DNA of 64,000 bases from the NCBI RefSeq assembly GCF_037042905.1, contig NC_087245.1, positions 31,684,001 to 31,748,000 of the forward strand, in the 5' to 3' direction. Shown here in pieces: positions 25,927 through 38,341 of this stretch. The notes beneath the pieces are model-generated. The model saw only the letters and a program-made list of their open reading frames with translations. It searched no databases and was not told where the DNA came from. The first letter of the stretch is position 1; each line of letters starts with the position of its first letter. The stretch is from Lytechinus pictus. Taxonomy: Eukaryota. The position numbers were made by a program, and so were the translations under genes.

Positions 25927-28020
25927 AATAATAATAATAATAATAACGGTTATTTATATGCGCTATACACAAAAAGTATCACAGCACTTAAAATTGTCAG
26001 AAGTAAAATATAAATATAAATCTTAAGTAACAAAAAAGTATAGAATTGTATTAAATTGCATCTTTAATTTTGGTGTTCTCAACGGCGCCAGATGAGGCCT
26101 GGTGGCCTCTTGCTTGCTGCTTCGTTCACCAACAATTTTAGGGACAAGCCCGGTCAGCACATCATTCACAGAAGCTCTAGTATAGCACTTGAGGCCACCA
26201 AGCCCCAGATGGGTTAGCCAAGTCAAACCAAACAGTGATAGCAAAATCATCAAAACAAATACATATTAAATAAATGAAAATAGAAAACTAGATATTTGGA
26301 AAAAGATATGACTTGAGTTGGCGTTTGAAAGATGATATGGTCGGTGTTGTTCAGATGGTAGAGGGGAGTGTATTCCAAAGTCTAGATTCAGCTATACTAA
26401 AACGTTTTTCTGCTCTGGAGAGGTTTGTTCTCGGAATAACAAGTTTGGTGGTATCATTCAGGGAACGTAGATTACGAGCAGGTGTGTAATGAGCAATTGT
26501 GTTTACAAGATATGAAGGACCAGTACAGTTAACCAATTTATAAATGTACAGACAAAGTTTGAACATGACACGTTGAGAAAAAGGGAACCAATGGAGTTCC
26601 CTAATCAAAGGAGACGTACATGTATGTACATTGCGACCAACTGAAAACACTAAACGTGCGGCACGATTCTGAACACTTTGAAGTTTTTTCTGATCTTTAA
26701 CACAAAGAACTGAAAAGAGACTGTTACAATAGTCAAGTCGAGAAAGTGCCCTAACTGCATGATGGCAAGTTTTTTCATTGATAAATCTTCTAATGCACCA
26801 CAGATTCTTAAGATGGAAATTACAGGTACGTACAGTATTACTGACATGAGATGAGAGTGTAAAGCATGAGTCAATACATATATGCCAAGGTTCTTAACTT
26901 TAGAGGATAGTGCAATTTCATTATCACATACATTGAGTTTTACGTTGGATAGATTTTCATTTAATTGGTTTTTCCGACATAGTACAGTGAACTCAGTTTT
27001 AGAAACATTTAGTTTGAGGAAGTTTGAAGTCATTCACATGTTTATCTCAGCAATACATAAATAAATTCTTTCTAACACTTCATGCATACTTGATGGTGAA
27101 CGAGGATCAAACGCATCATATAATTGGATATCATCGGCATAGATAAGATAGAAAAGATTGTGCTTACGAATGATAGTTAAGACAGGAGTGATATAAACAT
27201 TGAAGAGTATAGGGCCCATAACAGACCCTTGGGGGACACCGTATTCACAAGTCCAAGGAGCTGAAACTTGCTCTGATATTTTAACACGGGATGTCCAGCC
27301 ATGCAGTGAGATATGAGTGCATCCATTGTAGAGCAACATTTGACACCTTGAAATTTGATTCAAGTCGTTTTACCAAGATCTTGTGGTCAACCGTGTCAAA
27401 GGCTGCACTCAAATCCAGAAGCACAAGAAAAACCGCCTTTCGTTGGTTGAAATGAGATAATGTGTCATTTGAAACTTTAGAAGAGCAGTTTCAGTACTAA
27501 AATTCATTCGATAGGCTGATTTCATAGGATCGTATGAGTTGTTGGTGGTGAGGTATTCAACCAATTGAGACGCTGCAGCGTTCTCAATAACTTTAGCTAC
27601 AAAACTTAAATTACTGACAGGTCTATAATTTTTCAGATCTTGATAATCTAGTGTAGTTTTCTTAAGTACAGGTGTGATTAAGGCCTGGTGACATGCTACT
27701 GGAAAAACTCCTGATTGTAAAGAGGCATTGACCACCTTGGTGAGAGCCGAGATGTGATATAAAACATATTTCTTTAAATGCTACGTTGGTTCAACGTCCA
27801 ACGAGCAAGAAGCATTGGACATTTTAGTGATGATAATCTTTAAATTTTCTTCAGAGATAACATCAAAGGCAGAGAAAGAGCATGTATTGTCACTCTGAGG
27901 GCATTGATCAAGTTCCTGATTATTGGTACTGTCTAGGCTCTCACGAATCCTAACAATCTTCTCAACAAAGAGTTCTCTGAATCTTGTTACCAAGGACACA
28001 GGAGAACAATTCTTACTTGG
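25927..28020 (-). mobile_element. 5'-truncated, frameshifted LINE (L2/CR1 group) ORF2 with reverse transcriptase
   Basis: ORF pieces contain [60 protein letters not shown] and RLWNTLP. A (TTA)n 3' tail is present. Confidence 0.93.
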
Positions 28021-28086
28021 AAGGTAGTGAGAACGGTGTCATTGACATGTTAGCAGGGTTCGCTGTTACAGGTAGAACAGCTTTAA

Positions 28087-28479
28087 AGGTAAATTCCAGT
28101 TCTGGTAACGATCTCAAAATGACTTTTTACAGAATCTAATATAATGACCACCCAAGTGTCTGTTTGTATGAATAAAAAAATATGTGCCAAAGGATTCTGG
28201 AAGAAATTGTGTAATTGCTGAGAAATACGCAAAATAAGCGCCGATTCGGTCACTTCCGTCGGGTCTTTATTCCAGCAATAATAATACGCTGTCCCACGTG
28301 TGCCTATTTGTGTTGGCGATCTTCAGTGTGATCGTATTTCAGCTTAGATTTTATTTCACAAAGTTCAGTTTATGTAACTGTACCAGATCTAGATCCACGA
28401 TGATATAGTCATACTTAACCTTGGTTTTACAGACTTTCTCACGAAATTAGTGTTTTACTGCAACTACTGTAATTTAGCT
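28087..28479 (-). mobile_element. Kolobok-like MITE family A, copy 4
   Basis: TTAA flanks; near-identical reverse complement of 20949-21343. Confidence 0.85.
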
Positions 28480-29119
28480 TTAAGCACTTAAGTGACTACC
28501 CTTGAAAAATAATTTAAGTTAAGCTACTTATACACGTACATGTATACACATTCTATATAGATCTACATGTAGGCTTATCAGTTTTACAAGCTTAAACAAG
28601 GTTGAGCATGAGCCTGTAATATTTGTAAGTTCACAAAATCCGGGAAATTTTATTTTAAAGGACGGCCCTACTCTTGCTGATATATAACATATGGCAGTCT
28701 TCCGAGCAGGATTTTAGGAAAATAAGGTTGGATTATAAATTGATGGATACTTTATAAAGATTCAAATCAACAATTACAGCCTTTTTTATAATGTGCGTTA
28801 TCTGTGTTTAGTATACATGTACACCTCTGCATAAAGAATTTGAGTGCAGTTTTCATTTGATAACTTTGTCAAGTACTAGTTTTGCATGCTTTTTAACCAA
28901 CAGACTGGCAGACTGTAATAAGTGGTTAATAGTTTCAGTACCATTGAAGCCTGTCACGTATTGATTATACAGAGCCTTTTATAGATTTTGTTCTACCCAG
29001 TGACTGTGTAACCCACATGTGTCATCTGTCTTTGTGTCTATTTCATTGTGAAACTGATTCCAAAATCACAGCAGCAACTTACGATATCAATATTCATGCA
29101 TTTTCATATCAATGAGTAA

Positions 29120-29970
29120 AGGCTACTGCACACCTCAGACTGGTCTGTTGCCCGATTTTTGAGAAAAAAAAACGTAAAATTTTATCCATATACAGGTACA
29201 GTATATTAAGACACTGAACATCTGTGCAAATTTCTAAATCATCATAAGAGTAGGGACAAAAAGTTTAATTTAAAAATAGCAGAAAAAATAATAATAAATA
29301 TTGCTAAAGGTTTGAGAAAATCCATCAAAGAATTTAAAAGTTATTAGAGTTTTAATTATTTGATTTGTGTCATCATATGCGAGCAGCATTCCTACATAGC
29401 GAATGGTAAAATATCAATGAAATGTAATTTTCTCAAAAATTGAAAATGGTTTTTACTGTACCTTTTTTATATTCATAGACAAATCATTTCACCCCCATCA
29501 TGAAAAGAAAACAAAAATAAGTCATCAGGAACCATAAAAAAATGAAATTCATGCATTTTAAATGATATACATGTAACATATGGGGCATCTGCTCATTTAT
29601 GATGTCACAAATCCAAAACTTAAGTCTAATAACTTCCTTAATCTTTAATGGCTTTTCCTCAAACCTTCACCAATATTTTTATTATCTTTTCTGCTATTTT
29701 TACAACAAAGTTTTCTTGGTGAACTTCCCTTTAAGTTCAAATCCGTGACAACATTACCTTATATTACAATCAAAGCAGTTTCAAAATCTTATTGTTATGA
29801 GAATATAACAATCATACGGCTGGCTACAATTTGAAACGAATTTGGCCGTTGCTCCAACATAATGGCTTGCAATTACCAAGATTTTGATATTAGTTTGTTA
29901 ACTTGAACTAGCAAAATATGACTTGTTGCAAAATTAGACCGTGGACCAGTCGTATGGTGTGCAGAGGCCT
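29120..29970. mobile_element. Harbinger-like MITE containing a partial family B Kolobok-like element
   Basis: TIR aggctactgcacacc ... ggtgtgcagaggcct. The inner element ends ggtgaacttccct-ttaa at ~29734. Confidence 0.55.
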
Positions 29971-30899
29971 CTGGAGTCTGGACGCAAACAGCTCCAAATA
30001 TTTCAAAACATTTCCCTCGGTGCTCGATCTAGGCCTACATGTGTACAAGGCAGCTCTCTCACCACAATAAAAATTAAATATTCATTCTCATTGATTGATT
30101 TTGGTTGAATGAACTTATGCACAGCAGGGTGGAGATCAGGATTGCATAATTAATGAATGCTAATTAGTTCTCTTCTCACATGGGAAATGTGGTAGTGAAA
30201 TAATACAATTATAGATACCCAACGACTATAGACTTGTTTGCCGAAAATTCAGACTGTTATTTCTATCTTTTGAAATCTTGATCATAAGTTCAATAAGAAG
30301 ATTTTCATCATCTGTTGATTTCTCTCCATGAATTCATGATTAGAAACAAACAAAGGTTATAATCAAAATTTTCTCAATGAAATTTTGTATTTGATAAATT
30401 GCCAAAATATAATCAGGACACAGGCGCATACATGTATTCTTTCGTCTGTTATAGACGATGGTTTAAGGGAAGCCCAAACTTTCAAAATTGCATTCATGTT
30501 TTATGTTTCCCATGTTTACTTCGCTCTTTCCTCATGATGAAGAGAGCTCTTTCAGTAATTATTCCCCATCAGTTATACATCATTTGAGTGTCTAATAAGC
30601 TGACAATTTGAACTTGTATTAGAGATACATTTTTTTAATATCACCTTTATTCAAAACAAAACAAAGGGAAGTTACAAACAATGAAAATAAGTCCAGGTTA
30701 CTCGTTTTTTAGGACGAAGTACAGGACTAATAAAAGAATTACAGATACACAAGATATAACATATCACAATCAAATTTACATAAAACGATTATACATTGGT
30801 GATTGCAGAAGAGAAATTGAAATCGATCAAGCACACACCCTTACAACTGAAATGGAGAGAGCACAGAGGGGAGATAGAAAAAATGAACTTGATGAAGAG

Positions 30900-30990
30900 A
30901 TATAGGAGGAAGAAAAAGTTTGACGAGCAAAAAGAAGGGAAAAAAGAGGAAAAAAGAAGTAGAAGAAGAAGGAGAAAGAAGAAGAAGTAA
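30900..30990. repeat. Purine-rich (GAA) low-complexity tract
   Basis: gaagaag / aaaaagaag iterations. Confidence 0.7.
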
Positions 30991-31102
30991 GGGATTGCAA
31001 TACAAAGTTTTGTGAATGAGATAATTATGTACTTGTCACAATTAGCTATCCATAGTTACACCACAAATTTTGACCAAAAGTTGAAAAATCTTACATAATG
31101 AT

Positions 31103-31391
31103 ATAATAATAATAAAGGTATATTTACCCAGGGTAGCCACTTCAGTTCCGAAAACTGTTCTCCCAGCGGGCCCTGCTATTATTACCCGGCTAAGCTAGGC
31201 TACCTATTCAGTGCACACAGCTTTTTGAGGTATTATTTCCTGCCGGTACCCATTTACCTCATCTGGGTCGAGTGCAGTACACTGTGGATGAATTCCTTGA
31301 GCCCTGAAGGAAATTACGCCATGGCTGGGATTTGAACCCACGACCCTCTGTTTCAAAGTCCGGAGACTAATCCACTGGGCCACGACGCTCC
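31103..31391 (-). mobile_element. Near full-length tRNA-derived SINE
   Basis: Minus strand head ggagcgtcgtggcccagtgg...gggttcaaatccc, core tgcactcgacccag...aaatgggtacc, and an (ATT)n tail. Confidence 0.85.
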
Positions 31392-31854
31392 ACGTATAGA
31401 AATTACTCATCGCAACCGCGGCCAATGAATAGTTTGGTTAAAACAGTTCTTGTAATTTCCTTTCACACTGCGAGAATACCTGCAACTTTGGAAAATCCCT
31501 AATTGGACGATCTCATACTATTCAGTGGGCATTTTATTTTTTTAAACATAATAAATAATTTGTTTTTACACTTGCAAAAATACCTGGTGTTATGGGTTGA
31601 ATCAAGTAAACTTCTCAATCAGACAATTCCTGATATATTCTCAAACATTGAGTCAGTCTGAGTATGCCTAGAGTTATATTCCTTTCACATTCACACCAAA
31701 ACATGGACTGACTACATACATGTACATTGTATTTATTTCAAATGATATATGCATTTATGGAATTTGAGCTGAGGTGTGAAGATGTACCTCAAAATATAAA
31801 CATTTTGATGGCAGCACTGCCAGCACAGAAAAGCTGTGTTTGATGTGGTATTAA

Positions 31855-32435
31855 AGGACAAGTCCACCCCAACAAAAAGTTGATTTGAATAAAAAGAGAA
31901 AAATCCAACAAACATAACGTTGAAAATTTCATCAAAATCGGATGTAAAATAAGAAAGTTATGACATTTCCTTAATTTCACAAAACAGTTATATATGCTCA
32001 TCCTGGCTGGTATGCAAATGGGGAGATTGATGACATCATCCACTCACTATTTCTTGTGTATTTTATTATATGAAATAGGGAATATTCTATTTTTCTCCTC
32101 ATTGTCAAGTGAAACAACGATTAATTCCTCCCTGAACATGTGGAATGAGCATGGTTTAATACTATATGATTCAGTCAAGTTGGTCCTCATTGTCAAATTT
32201 TTACAAAATGAAATATTGTATAATTCAAACAATAAAAAACAAAAGAAATAGTGAGTGAGGGACATCATCAACTTTCTCATTTGAGTTGTGCATATCACTG
32301 TTTTGTGAAAAATAAGCAAAACTTTAAAGTGTCATCACTTTCTTATTTTACATCCGATTTTGATGAAATTTTCAGCATTTTGCTAGTTTGATTTTTCTCT
32401 ATTTATTCAAATCAACATTTTTTGGGGGTGGACTT
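31855..32435. mobile_element. Kolobok-like MITE with clipped right end
   Basis: TTAA|aggacaagtccacccc ... ggggtggactt, with long internal inverted repeats. Confidence 0.8.
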
Positions 32436-32831
32436 AAATGCCAGTTGAATTTAACGATCTCAAAATGACTTTTTACAGAATCCAATATAATGACCACCCA
32501 AGTGTCTGTTTGTATGAATAAAAAAATATGTGCTAAAGGATTCAAGAAGAAATTGTGTAATTGCTGAGAAATAAGCAAAATAAGCGCGGATTCGGACACT
32601 TCCGTCGGGTCTTTACTTCAGCAATAATCAAATACACTGTCCCACGTGTGCGTATCTGTGTTGTCGATCTTCAGTGTGATCGTTTTTCAGCTTAGATTTT
32701 ATGATTTCACAAAGTTCAGTTTATGTAACTGTACCAGATCTAGATTCACAGATGATATAGTAATACTTAACCTTAGTTTTACAGACTTTCTCAGGAAATC
32801 AGTGTTTTACTGCAACTACTTTCATTTAGCT
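32435..32831 (-). mobile_element. Kolobok-like MITE family A, copy 5 (fused to the previous element)
   Basis: Family A sequence ending ttagct|ttaa; the first few terminal bases are missing at the junction. Confidence 0.8.
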
Positions 32832-32989
32832 TTAATGGCAACCTTATATTGTCTGAAAACATTGTCTCGTAATTCCTGGAGACAAAAAAAACCTTTCTAG
32901 GTATAAGAAGGTTCCTACTTTGTATGTCAAAAACTCTAAAAATCAATTTTTTCTGAGACGCCCAATAAAATTTCAATTTTGAGGTATGA

Positions 32990-33850
32990 GGTATAGTTGG
33001 GTATTGTATTATCGGACACTATTATGATTCCGGACGCGCATATTACTGCGTTCGAAAACAATTTCGTACCGTAAGACTTCCGCAATTCAATTTCACAGAG
33101 CAATACATAGAACAAGATTTGCAAAAACAAGGCGAAAAAATCAAACTTTTACCTTATTTATCTCTAAAATGAAAGAAAAATGCTTAAAATATCATATAAC
33201 ATAGTTTTGCATTAACAATTGATATATTTTCTAACGGAAATATGGGCCTGATTCGCCAAATGATGAGGTATGGTGTATTGTGGGTGATCGTCGACGGCTA
33301 TTTCTCAAGGTACGCGTGCGCGAGGTTTACCGTGAGTAGAGCCGTCGACGATCGGCAGTGCATCGATAGAACTTGATGAGCGTCACGATACGAACGCGAG
33401 CATATTATTATTGGAAAGTGCCATGGAACATGCAGCTAACAAGATAAAATAAAATAAGTTATCAAAGGCGAATTTATTACCAACATCTGCTCAGATTCGA
33501 TATAAAAAAAGCAAATAAAGACTTTGAATTTACTCATGATATGATATAAGAAGAAAAAAATCACACAAATTTGTTCTTACATCATTATAATCAAGGATAT
33601 CTATACCCGTCCGGCGCGCGTCCGGAATCATGATGTAATTTGTCGCGCACGAAAATAATTGTTTTTCGTGGAGGGGTATGCGGCAAGTGCGATGCAAAGA
33701 AAATGGTAAATATAAAATAATTTTATCATATTCATAATTTTCATATTTGGAATAGCAAGTGTGAATTTTTCTTGATTGTATTTCCTCTAGTTGTCATTTT
33801 TAAAGCGCTGAAATAAAGGTGTCCGGCAATAGGATACACTGCCATATACG
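32990..33850. mobile_element. Degenerate TIR element with CpG-rich interior
   Basis: Imperfect ends tatcggacac / gtgtccggcaata, an inverted pair atgattccggacgcgc / gcgcgtccggaatcat, and an internal gatcgtcgacggct hairpin. Confidence 0.55.
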
Positions 33851-34731
33851 ACACATGTGACAACCACTTCAAGCATTTTCAGCTTTATCTTTATGATGTA
33901 CATGTGATTGCTAGGCAACCACTGACCTTGATGATGAAGACATGTTTATGGAATTCAATTAATAAGTGCTGAAATGATGGTTTTACATATGTATATATGT
34001 TACAGACCTGTTGTTGAACCTTTAGAAATTATGGATTTATTTCAAAACTGGCTTAATAGCCAACCTCTGTTTTGGGTGTGTAATTTCATATCTAATTTTA
34101 CACAGTAAATGTGTTAATTGCTGTGCAAAACCTTCACTCAAGGAAAGTGGTCTGGATATGCAGCCTAAAAAGACTGCCATTGGCTTGTGTAAAGAAGGTC
34201 CCTCTCAATTTTTGTTGCTAGTCTTGTGTGAAGACCCGCTTGTTAAAAAAATTTAGTCAGGGTCTGTGCCTGCAGACTAATGTGTGTCTAATTTTTATTA
34301 GAATATTCATTAGAAGACCCAACTTTTATTTTTCAAAGCTATATTCTTCATACTTGTTTTATCTTTAATACTTGAATGAACATATTCGATCTTCAGTATG
34401 TACAATAGAATACCATCTTTTTATTTCTTCCAATGCTATATTATTTATCTACATGTACTTGTTTTATCTTTCTTTTCAAAACAGCATCTCCAGTATAATT
34501 ATATTGAATGTAATATTTTATTTCGTCTATAATGTATTCTCCTTATGTTTATTGAATTTACATACATGTATTATCATTAGAAAACCAACTTTTTTCCTCT
34601 AAAGTTGTATTTTTTATATAATAACTATATCTGTCTTGAATGAACAAACATATACATGTATTATCAATTCATTATTGGAATACCATTTTTTAATCCTGTA
34701 TTCCTTACAATCTTTATATCTCATCTCACAG

Positions 34732-34797
34732 AAGGAGAAGCAGAGGTACTCTGGTTGCAGGAGATCGGTCTGGAGAACTTAGCTGTAGCCTCACAGA
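34732..34797 (+). CDS. ARHGAP18: ARHGAP18/28/40-family coding exon 2 (66 nt)
   Basis: Acceptor ctcatctcacag and donor gtaaga, phase 1-1. Encodes EGEAEVLWLQEIGLENLAVASQ, matching the family motif EGELEEEWLKEAGLSNL. Confidence 0.88.
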
Positions 34798-35355
34798 GTA
34801 AGATTTTAATAGCTAATTGACAAAGGCAACACCCATATTAACATATTTCCCAGGCAATATTTTCAGCCTCATCAATACATCTCACATTTCATAAATGCAA
34901 ATCCCTTGGTATTCTTAGAAAGAAATTCATGCACAAGCTTTTCGCATTGTGATATAACAAGTTTGTGATGAAGCTGTATTGTAGACTTCAAATAGGCTAT
35001 ATTGTAATTTAGGCCTATATAGGGAATGTTGCTTGAAAAATTAGTTGTGATGAATTGAAATTGTTTTATTTGCAAGTTAGGAATCCATCAATTCTTAGTG
35101 TAGCATATCAATTCATGCTTTTTGTTTCAAGGAGCGGACGAGTTACCTGTAAGTGTGACTTACAGTCATGATTCAGTGCTGACGCGCACATGATATATAT
35201 ATATATATGTGTGTGTGAAATTATACATGTAAAACAGCTTTGGCAACTCTTTTTGAATATTTTGTAAAAGAAATGGATGAAGAGAACAATGGTAGGCGTA
35301 GCTTAAATCAAGGTTCCCCAGAGCGATCTGCCCTGTGGAAAAATTGGTGATGCTG

Positions 35356-35361
35356 AAAAAA
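35356..35361 (-). terminator. Pol III-type T6 terminator
   Basis: TTTTTT lies immediately after the discriminator base of the tRNA-like gene on the minus strand. Confidence 0.55.
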
Positions 35362-35433
35362 TGTCTCTGCCGGGAATCGAACCCGGGACCCCAGCTTTGA
35401 ACGCCGGTGCCTTAACCACTAGACCACAGAGAC
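35362..35433 (-). tRNA. tRNA-like gene with TCA anticodon (canonical short-variable-loop cloverleaf) inside a MITE
   Basis: Minus strand reads GTCTCTG TG GTCT AGTGGTTA AGGC A CCGGC GTTCAAA GCTGG GGTC CCGGG TTCGATT CCCGG CAGAGAC A. All four stems pair, and A and B boxes are present. Whether it is functional is unknown. Confidence 0.6.
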
Positions 35434-35597
35434 AGGTTAGTGGCTAGGGCGACCCCGATCCGATTGACCGTCAGATAAACAGATTTTCGACACACTATAC
35501 CAATTATATAATTTCCTTTGTCTGTCCTGGCAGAGACATTTTTTCGGCATCACCAATTTTTCCACAGGGCAGATAGCTCTGGGGAACCTTGATTTAA

Positions 35598-36181
35598 AGG
35601 AGAATGAAACCCTTGAAACCAGCTGAATCCATATCAAAGAGAAAAATAAAAAAAACACATTGTTGAAAGTTTGAGGAAGATTGAATGAATAATAAGAAAG
35701 TTATGAGCATTTGAATATTGAGATCACTAATGCCATGTAGATCCTCCCATTGGCAATGCGACCAAGATCTGTGATGTCACACACGTACAACTCCCTCATT
35801 ACTTTAGTACTTATTTCACTTATATTCTCACTTTTATAGAGTCTATCACAAGTTGAGGTGTTCTTTTTATGAGAGGACAAGTACAGAGGTTTCACAACAT
35901 TATATCATTGATGAATCGTTTGTCATATGGTTAGAATGAGCAAAAAGAGATGTTTTGGGGTATATTTTCAGTGTCCAAAAGGGGAGAGTTGTTCATCTGT
36001 GACATCATAGATCTTGGTCGCATTGCCAATGGGAGGATCTCCATAGCATTAGTGATCTCGACATTCAAATGCTCATAACTCTTCTATTGCTAGTCGTATT
36101 TTACTCAAACTTTTGTTGATCTTATTCTTTGATTTTTCTGCTTTCACAAAAACTAACTTGCTCCAAGAGTTTCATTCTCCT
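35598..36181. mobile_element. Kolobok-like non-autonomous element
   Basis: TTAA on both sides, TIR aggagaatgaaac...gtttcattctcct, and internal inverted repeats. It splits the host TIR exactly at a TTAA. Confidence 0.85.
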
Positions 36182-36769
36182 TTAAGCTATGCTTACCATG
36201 TTCTCTTCATCCATTTCTTTCACAATATACAGTGTGTCCCACAAAAAACGAAACAGATATTTATCGATGATTTATCATAAATTAATCACAAATACAATAG
36301 ACAAATGACCTACCATTGTAAAGCTTAGAATCTCCTCTTTCATCTGACATTACTTAAATTATTTCTCAATCATGCATGAGTGAGCAAAAACAATTTAAAG
36401 AGGGGATACTCAAAAGTCATTTGGTGGGCTGTATCTGGGTTTCAAAAAGAAAATCACATTTCTAAAAAGTTCAATATCTGCTCTTTAATTTGATACCTCA
36501 ATTGCAGAAAATTGTCAAAAAATAACAAAGTTCTGGTTATTTGAAATAAGGCTTGAATTTCAATAATTTCATAGAGTTAAGAGGTTCTACAGGCTAGCGT
36601 TCAAACTCACTTGACACTCCGTTTTGTTGATGATCAGCCATGCATTAAATCTTTTGTTAACCATGCGATAGCTTCTGTGGGTAACCGGTGAAAACATGTT
36701 TATTTCATGAAATTATGGAAATGCAAGCATTGTTTCGAGGGAACATAACTTATTGATTTCTTGACCATT

Positions 36770-38341
36770 TTTGTCTCACCTGCATGGCAGAGCGAGACTA
36801 TAGGCGCCGCTTTTCCGGCGGCGGCGTCAACATCAAATCTTAACCTAAGGTTAAGTTTTTGAAATTACATCATAACTTAGAAAGTCTATGGACCTAGTTC
36901 ATGAAACTTGAACATAAGGTTAATCTAGTATTACTTAATATCCTGCCTGAGTTTCAGGTCACATGACCAAGGTCAAAGGTCATTTAGGGTCAATGAACTT
37001 AGACCATGTTAGGAGAATTATTTTCAAAATCTTAACCGAAGGTTAAGTTTTTGAAATGACATCATAACTTAGAAAGTATATGGACCTAGTCCATGAAACT
37101 TGGGCATAAGGTTAATCAAGTATAAGTGAACATCCTGCTCGAGTTTCAGGTCACATGACCAAGGTCAAAGGTCATTAAAGGTCAATGAACTTTGGCCGTG
37201 TTGGGGGTATTTGTTAAATTACCATCCTAACTCTGAAAGTTTATGGATCTAGTTCATAAAACTTGGACATAAGAGTAATCAAGTATCACTGAGCATCCTG
37301 TACGAGTTTTAGGCCACATGACCATGGTCAAAGGTCATTAAAGGTCAATGAACTTTGGCCGTGTTGGGGGTATTTGTTAAATTACCATCCTAACTCTGAA
37401 AGTTTATGGATCTAGTTCATAAAACTTGGACATAAGAGTAATCAAGTATCACTGAGCATCCTGTACGAGTTTCAGGTCTAATGACCATGGTCAAAGGTCA
37501 TTAAAGGTCAATGAACTTTGGCCGTGTTAGGGGTATTTGTTGAATTACCATCCTAACTCTGAAAGTTTATGGATCTAGTTCATAAAATTTGGGATGTAAG
37601 AGTAATCAAGTATCACTGAACATCCCCTGTGAGTTTCAGGTCACAAAACCAAGGTCAAAGGTCAGTTAAGGTCAATAAACTTAGGCCATGTTGGGGTAAT
37701 TGTTGAATTGCCATCATAACTTTGAAAGTTTATGGATAGAGTGAATGAAATGTGGAAATGGGTGTAGTTGACAAGTCTTAAAGCTAAATGAACGTAGTTG
37801 CAGTAAAACACTGATTTCTTGAGAAAGTCTGTAAAACCAAGGTAAAGTATTGAAATATCATTGTGGATCTAGATCTGGTACAGTCACATAAACTGAACTT
37901 CGTGAAATCATAATATCTAGCTAAAAAACGATCACACTGAAGATCGCCAACACAGATAGGCACACGTGGGACAGTGTATTATTATTGCTGGAATAAAGAC
38001 CCGACGGAAGTGACCGAATCCGAGCTTATTTTGCTTATTTCTCAGCAATTACACAATTTCTTCCAGAATCCTTTGGCACATATTTTTTATTCATACAAAC
38101 AGACACTTTGGTGATCATTATATTAAATTCTGTAAAAAGTCATTTTGAGATCGTTCCCAAAACTGGAATTTACCTTTAAGTCACCGTTCAAATGTCATTT
38201 ATGGTCAATGAACGTGGTATTATGTCATTATATGAATGGTGTTTTTGTGAATGATTATTTTATAGTAGTTTTCAAAGTTAGCACTGCTGCTATATTAAAT
38301 CGCGTAATGCAGGCGAGACTGCCAGAGGCGTTCCACTTGTT
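36770..38341 (+). mobile_element. Helentron/HINE (DINE-1/pearl-type) element with tandem-repeat core, copy 1
   Basis: T-rich insertion site, subterminal IR gtctcacctgca/tgcaggcgagac, a (GGC)n tract, five units spaced 192/163/163/164 bp, and a 3' end ...cttgtt. Confidence 0.75.
37782..38175 (+). mobile_element. Kolobok-like MITE family A, copy 6
   Basis: TTAA duplication is proven by the empty site aagtcttaagtcacc in the paralog at ~44483-44497. Confidence 0.92.

Larger units (their letters stand above)
35258..36229. mobile_element. MITE with ~115-bp terminal inverted repeats carrying the tRNA-like gene; right arm interrupted by a Kolobok-like insertion
   Basis: The left arm 35258-35374 (ttgtaaaagaaatggatgaagagaac...gtctctgcc) is the reverse complement of 35526-35597 plus 36186-36229. 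Confidence 0.8.

Noticed and set aside
30681..30990. Lys/Arg/Glu-rich ORFs
   Set aside because: They are translations of purine-rich low-complexity DNA.
31317..31391. Functional tRNA in the SINE head
   Set aside because: The acceptor and anticodon stems pair poorly, and the sequence continues into a SINE body with no terminator.
35362..35433. Calling the TCA tRNA a selenocysteine tRNA or tRNA-Glu
   Set aside because: It has no long variable arm or extended acceptor/T stems, so it is not tRNA-Sec. The D arm is Glu-like, but TTC is off-centre in the 7-nt loop.
36830..37740. CRISPR-like array in the tandem repeats
   Set aside because: The units are ~163-bp whole repeats without unique spacers, in a eukaryotic intron with no cas genes.
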